Below, piece after piece: positions 57,601 to 64,000 of a stretch of 64,000 nucleotides of DNA. Both the position numbers and the translations under genes were made by a program. Source of the stretch: a virus (Duplodnaviria; Heunggongvirae; Uroviricota; Caudoviricetes); IMG/VR virus record IMGVR_UViG_3300027836_000006, one strand, 5' to 3'. Every line of letters begins with the position of its first letter. The first letter of the stretch is position 1. Under the pieces are notes generated by a model. That model ran no database searches. It saw only the letters and a list, made by a program, of their open reading frames with translations, and was not told the DNA's origin.

Positions 57601-60533
57601 CTGGAACTATTGCTATAGGACAAAAGATTACAGGCATCGGTGTTGCTTCTAACACGTATATTACTGCCGGCAGTGGATTATCTTGGACGGTTAATAATAC
57701 TCAAACAGTTGGCGCTGGAACTTCATTTGCGGCCCGATATGCAGTTGAACTAGCACTTACTGGTCAAACAACTGCGCCAACAGCAAATGAATGGTATAGT
57801 ATTTCAGGCAGCAATAATCCGTTATACAATGGACTACACTATGCGGCTAAAACTACAACTACTGGTATCACACTAGCATTTGATTATGATCCAGGAACAT
57901 GGAACCCGGCAATTACTATTAGTTTACAAACTGATAAAACAGAAACCGATGGTATATTCTATGTAACATATGAGATTCCAGAACAAAATACAGGACTACC
58001 AGAAGCTGGAACATACTGGACTGTAACAGGTAACGCTACTACTGCTTACAACGGAACATTTACTGTTAGTGAATCAACTAGTACAACTATTGTATTAGCA
58101 TACCCTACTGATCCAGGAGCATACGGAGTCGGTACTACATCATTAACTCCTGTAGTGTTTATACAGAAAGAATTGTTAAGCGGTACCACTAGTCAGCTTG
58201 GACTTAGCAAACCGTTTGCTAGCGATTCGGCAGCAACTTTACGTGTAGGTTACCCTGCTGGAAGTTCAGCACAAATTACAACACGTATTAGTACTTGTCG
58301 TGCTACAGGACATGACTTCTTAGACATCGGTACTGGTAGTTACTCAACTACTAACTATCCGTATCAAATTTATGGTAATCCAACACAGTCACGCCAACAA
58401 GCTAACGAAGTTTACGAAGAAGGCGTTGGACGCTGTTTCTATGTAACATCAGACCAAAATGGTATTTTCCGTGTAGGTCGATTCTTTACAGTTGACCAGG
58501 GTACTGGTACTGTTACATTCTCAGCGTCAATTGCGTTGAGTAACTTAGACGGTATTGGATTTAAGCGCGGTGTTGTTGTAAGTGAGTTCTCAACAGATAG
58601 CTCAATGACTAACAACGCACCTGAAATTGTTCCAGTACAATCAGCAACTCGTGGTTATATTGACAAACGTTTAGGCTTAGACCACGGTGGCGGCCCAGTT
58701 GCGTTAAGCAACTTAATTGGGCCAGGTTTTCTAGCATTGAATGGTGCGTTAACCATGAAAGGTAATCTTAACATGGGTACGTTTGCTATTACTAACGTAG
58801 CAACCCCATTGATTACTGATTCGGGTAATAATGCCGCAAACAAAACATACGTTGATACAGCAATTGCAACGTTCGACGAGTTTGAAGAATTGCGTGATGT
58901 TCAGTGGGTCAATCTTGCTGAAGGTGAAATACCAGTATATGACCAAAGCAAAATTTTAAATGTAATTGGTGGAATTGGTAACGGTACTTCAATAACATTG
59001 AATTTTACAGCAGAGGCAACTATACCTTATCCAGTAGGTTCGATTGTTGTTGTTGCAGGCATTAGCCCTGGTACATACAACGGAACTTACATTGTTAGTG
59101 ATGCTACTGTTAGTAGTATCACTTATCAAAGTACCATTACTACTCCGTACGCCACTGGAGGCACTGTCAAGGCTAACAAGTGGAGAAACATTCAGTTACC
59201 TAACGATAGTGTAACTAGCGATGTGTTGTTAACTTATAACGGAACTACTGGCAAAATTACCAGTGCTATTCAATCTGGTAAGATTGTCAACAGCATGGTT
59301 AGTGGTACAGCGGCCATTGCTCAAAGCAAGTTGGACATGTTTATTGCTACTACTCGTGTTAATGCCACTGGCATTACTCAAGCGGAAAGAGGACTTGCTA
59401 GCTTTAAGAGCATTGAATTCCAAGCAACTAACGGATGGATTGAACTTAAAACCTCAACCAGCAATTCAACAGGTGTGCTACACACCAAGTTACAATGGAT
59501 GAGTCAAGGCACTGTAATCGGACGAGCAGCCACAGCAGGTACCGGCGCCGCAGGCGAAGTTTCGTTTGGTGACGTTGTTGCTAGTGGAGACGGTATTAAA
59601 AATGCTGGCTTCTCAGCAAGTGGCGCAATGACTGTAAACTACGACGGTGCTAGTACAACAAATAATAGTTACGCTGTTACAGCAATTAGTACTACTGGAG
59701 CTGCCAATAGTTTAACTAAAACTGACGGAAGTAGTAATCTAAATATCGCAGGCGGATGGATTAACGCAACAGCGTTACGTGTTAGCACAAATAAAATAAT
59801 TGATGTTAATACCGGTACTAATACTGTTCAGTTATATACCCCAGGGTTGTGGAACTTCTTATCTAGTACAGGTACTGACGGTTCTAATACTACAACTACT
59901 ATAACCGGTACGTTAAATGTTACAAGTGGAACATTAAAATCAACAACACTAAACGCTGGGTCGGCTGCTACTGCTGGTACATTGACAGGTAACTGGACAA
60001 TGGCTGGAGCAAGTAACTTGACTTTAGGTTCAGGTACTGCTGACTTTACTGGTGGTAACTTTAAAACAGATACAATCAGTACTGGAGCAGATACAACAGC
60101 AGGTACTATCCAAGGGTACTGGAGTTTAACTGGTTCAAGTCGTTTACAAGCAACCTACGCTGACTTAGCAGAATACTACGAAGGTGACAGAGAATACAAG
60201 CCAGGAATGGTTTTAGTATTTGGAGGTGATAAAGAAGTTACTACAACTGGACAAATGAACGATACTAGAGTAGCAGGCGTTGTTACAACTAACCCAGCTT
60301 ACGTAATGAACGGGGAACAAACAGGTATTAAAGTTTGTATTGCGCTAGCAGGACGAGTACCGTGTTGGGTAGTTGGGCGGGTTAAGAAAGGTGACTTGTT
60401 AACTACAGCAACTACATCAGGATGTGCTATGAAAGCAATTAATCCTACACTAGGCTCAATTGTTGGTAAGGCACTTGAAGATAAAGATAGCGGCGAAGCT
60501 GGTATCATACAAATTGCTGTAGGGAGAGCATAA
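48660..60533 (+). CDS. giant fibre/structural protein (3957 aa) with internal module repeats
   Basis: Uninterrupted 11.9-kb frame. The N-terminal motif IxIGxxGNDGTGDSIRESFRKVNDNF is shared with the next two genes. An ...YD(L/I)V.GGN... module is repeated at least six times. The C-terminal region YADLAEYYEGD...RVAGVVTTNPAYVMNG...ALAGRVPCWVVG..KGDLL looks like a fibre/spike C-terminal chaperone-type domain. Confidence 0.7.
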   Translation: MAKQIIDIGVQGNDGTGDSIRESFRKVNDNFTEMYAVFGVDGAINFTNLSDAPASYGADQLIIANNAGNGLTARTIIGEGALSVDLTDETEIRLTVDTVGLASDNAPSLANSLNANGLSIFNLAEPTIERAGFIREDNPTLGTAEDVFGKMVINKNYADNHYLQVDQGQVSTVLRVRDEPNFPNFEDPEYDPTLTGNYSSTEAVQRKFIVSRKGDTMTGPLTLSDHPTPLSGYGTPNGADDLQAATKFYVDNQIFSSAVNLFVSQATGDDLQQNTPIGKEGRFWQYAYKTIGAAALAAENLIALANQEPGPYRQKLSYTVGPDQTFSTILSAPVLQDGNTNVEGYQEAFDLLQINKAFIQAETIAYINNKYVNSFTYDRVKYQTNIENILNAVGDDIVLDTTFNSNRVAGLYFDGTNELILGTQLSQTIESIKYARDLVLNFSYDDTALSSYMGKVIDALSYDLVLQSNYQSIQAGIYFSSAGTSLSVPQIVEILIDLKDKIVGRTTPLPAVAGITSVKTIGVAKASIESNILNIINIISGNGLPEVVFSSQPDTTTGKASARDLLLNNILFLQAETVAFLGSEYPNLAYNRTDYKRNIKYIVWSLIYDFMYSGNSQSVYIGSTYWNNAVRQIQEYEVVPFTSVLTYIDTLMGDIVRSDSPATIYQQSVKQYRNETLLNGGDVEATITTNIGYIKNIIQNQSSAPTVVQPSFSSASSFLKTARSDIQLEKSGFQDDSITYVEDNFPVINDTGILTSISNKFQVVIDLLTFDINSRTNTIINEPAGTSAAYIDTKDLALLNVNYIAEETAAWLATAEPTYTFDAEILKQHVIDCVEASLYDLIYGGNSASLRKGTHLFTNSELGYNTGDAEFISALLFASELLTNDVIQNLAGSAFSSEPQFIDGVAYPAAGTSGVSTLLSNSFTNITEIAVGNEGPAVLVPVLTGYNSSLRTARTIINLNAAGGGGINIAQLTTDWLDANYQGGFNYDEALCYRDIGLIIDAMSIDILTGGTYQTIGAGKSYYRNASARAVAIGTQLTETLDAIIFARDLAVQSLEQTTASRYQTLVQQDFNEGITASPLAVQDLLTNMNTIVSIIQGGVGVAPTPTFGTGIWNIYIDNGGNGFVDQGATGNNDIIPAKVLVGVNSAAYGTIVKYIPGATIGSDIIQVRLTKPGFFAIGEQIEFGETVRDVNIVIQVEAGIYYEDYPIRVSANVSVRGDEFRRTIVRPRDRVSQSPWRKIFFYRDSVIDALELGPIGYNLDFASNSTINLGGTTNKIVITLSTGQVPAAWVGKILMDDFGSVEATTTTASNNRITTDTLHGFSVGNPVIFRGTTFGNINPGQVYYVLTTPTTSSFTLSTKKNSTTVVTLADDSGSVLVMRSDRRGKAVVDSVSGNFMNCSVIYPFNEAGNLVAGEWHLYDPTNYGRHYLTNPLDVTAEAKNNKEIDVFITNDAVRISNLTMQGHGGFAMVLDPEGQIKTKSPYGQVCTSFSQSINRKRFAGGQFVDGFTGRLRGTITAIEYDGIENFDLTNITFGSGYAPIANSYTYTNVPVQGLTATASGTNATGDWIRLNTTTNFTVGSAIRFTGTAFGNLESGTLFYIAEIDTLNNDIKISRTQGGDFLELTTASGSMSVVTGGLGATADITVINGIVTNVIRNTTGEYYKTGEYITVNASDLTIDFTGDTTSGNAVISNVSSLSGLTIGDQVSGTGIPVGSTITFINETASSITINNTATATGAAVSLVYGGTGSGFKIPIFGVNGKGQIVTVVGEVNSGLDVRPPEPPCAFFVEGGRYQINDIVSFNASTATVVLKLDSATPYNAAGAYDNQICSRDVGYILDAVSYDLVLGSNYQATKAGISYTRGTASVVLTSQKGQTLAGLNKARDLALGALTDVGAEASLANSMATINIIVEQGVTAAPTLVYPSSTSTSTEAENLRDNLIANRLFLTSEIVSFIASTYNLKNYPSYNAVKAARDTGYVVDAMIYDIVYGGNSMTYDEALSYYSFGISYLTLGIAPVYVAAMERLKVVARQVALGTTVTKSAGNNIAQEIDAGLNILNTDPEYTQIGTLIDIVKDYMLDGDFDVGTSRTTPTISGENATLLAERLVIQGAKSTIQTSVVSYLNDGGGLRINIEMGGNKSMLANDFAMINDLGYAIVCTNGGVSEQVSTFTYYCHTHYWANNGGQIRSVAGSNAHGTYGLRATGFDVTEKPDAVNLAYDMVQVARVYKSGQFASDMTPTINKQALSVFIYGYSYIPTNTTELEIDHGIAGGGITRYEVSSVEHTVVTIGGQNILKLNLSSAGNNGTSSVGLANALYDGQMVTLRALQNIKFNNIANVNPTRPSTALQYTDNLADIYRVLAYNLNEATGELLPNNVSILGSDASFNYYKFVTDLNNITSLDYDEALDVTGVSGSGSTVTVTFATQESAPYAVGDFITLQNVVNTGPVTTLYNGAYRVTNCTTTQVQFASTQTATYESGGLVGTKTQGSRVGDNKIAVLEISQATTINQINKGTYVTGWHGRTHLVTSYTVPFKIAQGNAFAWTSGTKTLTLNAVSGTIEVGDIITGTGFPTDGSVTVESVTSASILSTIYYYVVTNITTGITVPSGTIVFGTDRNGWLNIASNSISNIVGDGTEIPALSYVSKVVPEEGYTLVTYNVAWTPETLPISDNWYKLAGQSNLNYNYWRQVSNVVSETLVSVSDVTGLNSGMIVTAVGTPTAYIPANAIIQNVDATTNTFTVSPACWVPVGTVVSSTVVATVASITITNGGTNYTTPPVITIGGTPGATANDPFVAQNGETAQAFATCTIAGGSIDTVTLVSPGYGFTSVPTIYLSAGDAVLTVVLTATATVNTTAQAGISRNQITVAYDSNPGTFNVDDVAVITGAIADTVGGTLAGTVLNVLTVTSGTLRVGMRIIGTGITAGTYISALGTGTGGTGTYTINNSQLITSRTLTARVVATGFTSKVGPAVFQGSIASTTLTVSSVTSGTIAIGQKITGIGVASNTYITAGSGLSWTVNNTQTVGAGTSFAARYAVELALTGQTTAPTANEWYSISGSNNPLYNGLHYAAKTTTTGITLAFDYDPGTWNPAITISLQTDKTETDGIFYVTYEIPEQNTGLPEAGTYWTVTGNATTAYNGTFTVSESTSTTIVLAYPTDPGAYGVGTTSLTPVVFIQKELLSGTTSQLGLSKPFASDSAATLRVGYPAGSSAQITTRISTCRATGHDFLDIGTGSYSTTNYPYQIYGNPTQSRQQANEVYEEGVGRCFYVTSDQNGIFRVGRFFTVDQGTGTVTFSASIALSNLDGIGFKRGVVVSEFSTDSSMTNNAPEIVPVQSATRGYIDKRLGLDHGGGPVALSNLIGPGFLALNGALTMKGNLNMGTFAITNVATPLITDSGNNAANKTYVDTAIATFDEFEELRDVQWVNLAEGEIPVYDQSKILNVIGGIGNGTSITLNFTAEATIPYPVGSIVVVAGISPGTYNGTYIVSDATVSSITYQSTITTPYATGGTVKANKWRNIQLPNDSVTSDVLLTYNGTTGKITSAIQSGKIVNSMVSGTAAIAQSKLDMFIATTRVNATGITQAERGLASFKSIEFQATNGWIELKTSTSNSTGVLHTKLQWMSQGTVIGRAATAGTGAAGEVSFGDVVASGDGIKNAGFSASGAMTVNYDGASTTNNSYAVTAISTTGAANSLTKTDGSSNLNIAGGWINATALRVSTNKIIDVNTGTNTVQLYTPGLWNFLSSTGTDGSNTTTTITGTLNVTSGTLKSTTLNAGSAATAGTLTGNWTMAGASNLTLGSGTADFTGGNFKTDTISTGADTTAGTIQGYWSLTGSSRLQATYADLAEYYEGDREYKPGMVLVFGGDKEVTTTGQMNDTRVAGVVTTNPAYVMNGEQTGIKVCIALAGRVPCWVVGRVKKGDLLTTATTSGCAMKAINPTLGSIVGKALEDKDSGEAGIIQIAVGRA

Positions 60534-61576
60534 TGGCTAGACTTAATATTAACATTGGAACTACGGCAAATGATCGCACAGGCGATCCGTTACGTGCGGC
60601 ATTTGAAAAAGTTAATTCTAACTTTATTGAGTTATATACTAGCTCTACTCAAGTACAAAGCGATTGGAATGCAGTTACCGGATTAGGAGTCATACTTAAC
60701 AAACCAACTATTCCAGCAGCGCAAGTACAAAGCGATTGGAATGCAGTTACTGGATTAGGTGTTATTCTTAATAAGCCAACCATATTAACTAGTCTCGATC
60801 GTCTTACTAATGGCAGTAATGTAGTTGTTTTAGGAAGCAGTGGCACATTAACATTACCACTAAGCGGAACTATAGATAACTATCTAGATATAACTACTAG
60901 TCAATCTATAGAATTAACACCTAACAATCTAAGCCAAACAACTGCAACTATTATCGTGGATAAGAACGGGCCGCCCAATGCTCAGTGGGCAACTGTACAG
61001 GTAGGATGGACCATCACTGTAGGACTTGTTACTAGAACTGTAGCTTCGATTACTGAAGAATTAACAACTGTAAGTTTTGTATTAAATGGCACTGTTGCAT
61101 TACCTATGACAGGGAGTGTTATATTTCAATCTCTAGGAACGCCATCACTAGCAATTACTCCAAACGGTACAACAGCTTGGACGTTTAGTTCAGATGGTGC
61201 ATTATCTTATCCCAACGGTGCTTTACAACAAGACACCGGTGCTATTAACTGTCAGGGCAATGCCAGCACTGTAGTTTTCACAGCGACAGGTGTAAGTGTA
61301 CACACTATACGATTGTTAATACAAGTTGAAGGTATTGAAGGTATAGGTAGTATTATGGACACACAAGCATGTGAAATGATCGTAGCTAAAAGTTTTAGAG
61401 CCGATGACATAGCCGCGAGTGTTTATGGGATTGTGTATACCAGCGTAGCACCTTTGGCAACATTTACAGCACTATGGAACGGACTGACCAGCAGAATAGA
61501 AGTACTGTGTACTACACCCGGTGCTAACGGCGTAAATGTTAAGATATTCGCTACAGAAATTACAACATCAGATTAA
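60533..61576 (+). CDS. tail-fibre-like protein sharing the N-terminal attachment motif
   Basis: MARLNINIGTTANDRTGDPLRAAFEKVNSNF. Contains an internal 72-nt tandem duplication. Confidence 0.55.
   Translation: MARLNINIGTTANDRTGDPLRAAFEKVNSNFIELYTSSTQVQSDWNAVTGLGVILNKPTIPAAQVQSDWNAVTGLGVILNKPTILTSLDRLTNGSNVVVLGSSGTLTLPLSGTIDNYLDITTSQSIELTPNNLSQTTATIIVDKNGPPNAQWATVQVGWTITVGLVTRTVASITEELTTVSFVLNGTVALPMTGSVIFQSLGTPSLAITPNGTTAWTFSSDGALSYPNGALQQDTGAINCQGNASTVVFTATGVSVHTIRLLIQVEGIEGIGSIMDTQACEMIVAKSFRADDIAASVYGIVYTSVAPLATFTALWNGLTSRIEVLCTTPGANGVNVKIFATEITTSD
60650..60793 (+). repeat. 2 x 72-nt tandem repeat inside the fibre gene
   Basis: caagtacaaagcgattggaatgcagtta... appears twice, each encoding 24 aa (QVQSDWNAVTGLGVILNKPTI...), with a few synonymous differences. 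Confidence 0.7.
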
Positions 61577-61603
61577 CGGTAAATATACTAAACGGAGCAG
61601 AAC

Positions 61604-62194
61604 ATGGCGATACAAACAATTAATGTAGGCGGATATGCTAATGATGGCACAGGCGATGATTTACGCACGGCTTTTGAGAAAGTTAATGCTAATTTTGCTA
61701 CATTAGGAACTTCAGGGCCAGTACAAGACGGCGTTAACCTCGGCGCAGGTGTTGCTGTATTTGCGCAAAGAAATACTATAGATCCCGAGTTAGAATTTAA
61801 AACACTGACTAGTACAGATAGTAGTGTTGAAATTACCAGCACAACAACTACAGTAAATTTAAAAAATAAATCAACATTAGTTAACGATCCTAATCCTACG
61901 TTAGGAGCAGATTTAAAATTAAACGGACACAAGATTACGCTAGGAACAATAGGAGGTGGTGATATAGAAACTCCAGTTTTTGGCATTGATGTCAGAAATT
62001 TAAATGCTCTTATCTCCTTAATGATTACTTCAAATTCTGTGTCGCTGGATTTTGGTTCTATTTTAATTAACATACCTGGAGTTCCAGATCCTGCAAATGT
62101 AACTGTTGATATGAACGGTGTTAATCCAGACTTTGGCGGTTTTAGTGTGGCAGATCCATCGGGGTCATCATTGGACTTCGGAACCATTGTTTAA
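61604..62194 (+). CDS. fibre-like protein sharing the N-terminal motif
   Basis: MAIQTINVGGYANDGTGDDLRTAFEKVNANF. Confidence 0.5.
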   Translation: MAIQTINVGGYANDGTGDDLRTAFEKVNANFATLGTSGPVQDGVNLGAGVAVFAQRNTIDPELEFKTLTSTDSSVEITSTTTTVNLKNKSTLVNDPNPTLGADLKLNGHKITLGTIGGGDIETPVFGIDVRNLNALISLMITSNSVSLDFGSILINIPGVPDPANVTVDMNGVNPDFGGFSVADPSGSSLDFGTIV

Positions 62195-62210
62195 ATAACT
62201 GAGAGCATAA

Positions 62211-64000
62211 ATGTCGCTACAAATATGGACTAAATTATCAGGCTACAATTTTGGGGCCGAACCAGGAAGAAATGAATCTGTTAATTCAGGTAACTTTGTT
62301 GTTGGGAACCAATACATCATTGTCAGTGTAGGTACTACAGATTTTAAAAAAATTGGCGCACCGTTTAACACCGTTGGTACATTATTTACAGCTACTAATA
62401 GTGGCGCTGGTGCCGGGCCGTCGATACAAAATCTAAATAATACTATTGTAGAAACAGCAGGGTCCGGAGTTGCGTCTAAAATAGCATTTCTAGAGCGCCG
62501 GCAACTTGAATTGGCACTACCAGTAAATAGTACTCCAGGAGTTACATATTCTGTAATTTCAGGAAAGCTACCGCCAGGTGTACGTTTAGACAACGGTTCT
62601 ATTATTGGTAGTCCGTTCGAAGTTCCTAGAATTACAGATTTTGCTTTTTGTATCAGGGCTAGTAAAGCTGGACAAATATCAGATAGAACTTTTACTATCA
62701 CTGTAGAAGGCGAAGATATCCCTGAGTTCATTACTCCTGAAGGATTATTATCATTAGGAGATCCTGGCGAGTTATTTGTTATTGATAGTACGTATGTAGA
62801 TTATCAAATAGAAGCATTAGACGCAGATACAGCAACGGGACAACGATTAAGTTATTTCATCGATCGTGACGGCGGCGCTTTACCTCCAGGGTTAGTGTTA
62901 ACAGATGACGGTCGGATTGTTGGATTTGTTCAGCCTACTTTAGCAATCACTCCTGCTGACGGCGATGGCACTTATGATAATAGTTTCTATGACGGTGTAG
63001 CATTTGACTTTGCGTTTGTACCAACTAACGGTTATGACAGTTATATATACGATACTGTATTTTTTGATTTTGCTTTACAAAGCAACAGACCAAAAAAATT
63101 AAACAGAACATATCAATTTACGGTCACTGTTACCGATGGCGATTCTTTTACCAAAAGAACATTTAAAATATTTGTTGTAGGTGATGATTTTTTCCGTGCT
63201 GACAATACTACTTGGTTAGATGGTAACAGTATGTTTACTGCTGACGTTACTTACTTGCGTCCGCCCATGTGGTTAACTAGTAGTTACTTAGGGCTATACA
63301 GAGCAAATAATTATATCACCTTAATACTAGATACGTACGATACAGAAAATATAATTTACAATCTAGAACAAGTTAACGCCGATTGTCGGGCAACAACACG
63401 TCGTAGATTAGAAGCTGATAATATTATTGGTAGTTACACTATTACTACCACGTTAACAACGATTGCTCCAACCGTTGGGCATTTTTTAATATTCAACGGT
63501 TCTACTATAATTAATAGAGTGGATAATGTTAGCTATCTAGGTAATGGTGAATATCGTTTAACAGTTTATTATCCACTGGATGTTAATCTAGAAAACGGTG
63601 TTGAATTCTTAATCGGAACATTAAGTGTTATACCGCCTGGTATGCAATTTGATGAAAATAATGCCGAAATACACGGACTAGTACCGTATCAACCTGCTGT
63701 AACTAAAAATTATAAGTTTACTGTAACAGCAACTCGAATCAGCGACAAGGGTGAAAGATCTAGTACTCCAAAAATATTTACTGTAGATTTACTCGGTGAA
63801 GTTGACAGCGTACTTACATGGAATACTCCTACAGATTTAGGAATCATTAATGCTAATTTTATTTCTACATTAAGTGTTAGCGCAACCAGTACCGTTACAG
63901 GTGCCACACTTCTTTACACAAAGACTAGTGGGCGCCTGCCGCCAGGACTAAGTTTAGATTTAGACGGAGAAATAGTTGGTAAAGTTAATCAGTACGGATT
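62211..64000 (+). CDS. structural protein with putative Ig-like (He_PIG-type) repeats; 3' end beyond the window and absent from the ORF track
   Basis: Frame open from the ATG at 62211 to the window end. Repeated G(K/R)LPPG(V/L)xLDxxGxI(V/I)G motifs. gagag SD upstream. Confidence 0.55.
   Translation, partial: MSLQIWTKLSGYNFGAEPGRNESVNSGNFVVGNQYIIVSVGTTDFKKIGAPFNTVGTLFTATNSGAGAGPSIQNLNNTIVETAGSGVASKIAFLERRQLELALPVNSTPGVTYSVISGKLPPGVRLDNGSIIGSPFEVPRITDFAFCIRASKAGQISDRTFTITVEGEDIPEFITPEGLLSLGDPGELFVIDSTYVDYQIEALDADTATGQRLSYFIDRDGGALPPGLVLTDDGRIVGFVQPTLAITPADGDGTYDNSFYDGVAFDFAFVPTNGYDSYIYDTVFFDFALQSNRPKKLNRTYQFTVTVTDGDSFTKRTFKIFVVGDDFFRADNTTWLDGNSMFTADVTYLRPPMWLTSSYLGLYRANNYITLILDTYDTENIIYNLEQVNADCRATTRRRLEADNIIGSYTITTTLTTIAPTVGHFLIFNGSTIINRVDNVSYLGNGEYRLTVYYPLDVNLENGVEFLIGTLSVIPPGMQFDENNAEIHGLVPYQPAVTKNYKFTVTATRISDKGERSSTPKIFTVDLLGEVDSVLTWNTPTDLGIINANFISTLSVSATSTVTGATLLYTKTSGRLPPGLSLDLDGEIVGKVNQYG

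Noticed and set aside
48836-60508. About a dozen 60-117-aa ORFs on the minus strand and in other frames inside the giant fibre gene
   Set aside because: They lie wholly within an 11.9-kb uninterrupted coding frame with coherent repeats. There are no SD sequences, and the codon and Thr/Gly/Asn bias belongs to the plus frame. Treated as spurious antisense ORFs.
1-64000. CRISPR arrays, integrase/recombinase, transposase or IS elements, rRNA
   Set aside because: I saw no direct-repeat/spacer architecture at any period. The only tandem nucleotide repeats are coding (fibre gene) or gene-junction duplications. No tyrosine or serine recombinase or DDE motifs were recognised in any ORF.

Overview
This 64-kb window looks like part of a large, low-GC (~38%) tailed-phage genome, possibly a T4-like marine or cyanomyovirus, though the taxon is not certain. 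I saw no integrase, CRISPR array or rRNA. Genes are densely packed and linked by ATGA/TAATG overlaps, and there are eight near-perfect sigma70-type promoters (TTGAC[A/T]-N17-TATAAT or close). Three genes carry a TATAAATA-like late-promoter motif about 20 nt upstream of the start codon.

Layout:
- 1-3.7 kb: early-type small genes, including a Cys-based phosphatase (HCx5R), a lambda-PPase-like phosphatase and a P-loop kinase.
- 3.7-4.8 kb: a tail-fibre-like gene.
- 4.9-23.4 kb: a strand-alternating accessory island with 7 radical-SAM enzymes from three paralogous families, 3 sulfotransferases, a PAPS-synthase-like APS-kinase/sulfurylase fusion, 2 PLP aminotransferase-fold enzymes, a QueC-like PP-loop ATPase, a SAM methyltransferase-like gene and several cupin-type (HxD...H) oxygenase-like genes.
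- 23.4 kb: a 111-nt tRNA-like RNA with acceptor stem, T-arm and CCA, transcribed from a textbook promoter.
- 23.5-48.6 kb: host-takeover and stress genes (IF-1, ClpP, a HExxH peptidase, ATP-dependent DNA ligase, MazG-like NTP pyrophosphatase, a BI-1/YccA-family membrane protein, an eighth radical-SAM enzyme, a QueD/PTPS-like enzyme, a cytidylyltransferase, UvdE, Fe/Mn SOD, an IscA/ErpA Fe-S carrier), plus an entericidin-like lipoprotein and many small ORFs.
- 48.7-64 kb: a 3957-aa giant fibre protein, two smaller fibre genes sharing its N-terminal motif, and a 3'-truncated Ig-like (He_PIG) repeat structural protein that the ORF track misses.

The most novel candidate is the phage-borne PAPS/sulfotransferase/radical-SAM/PLP modification island.
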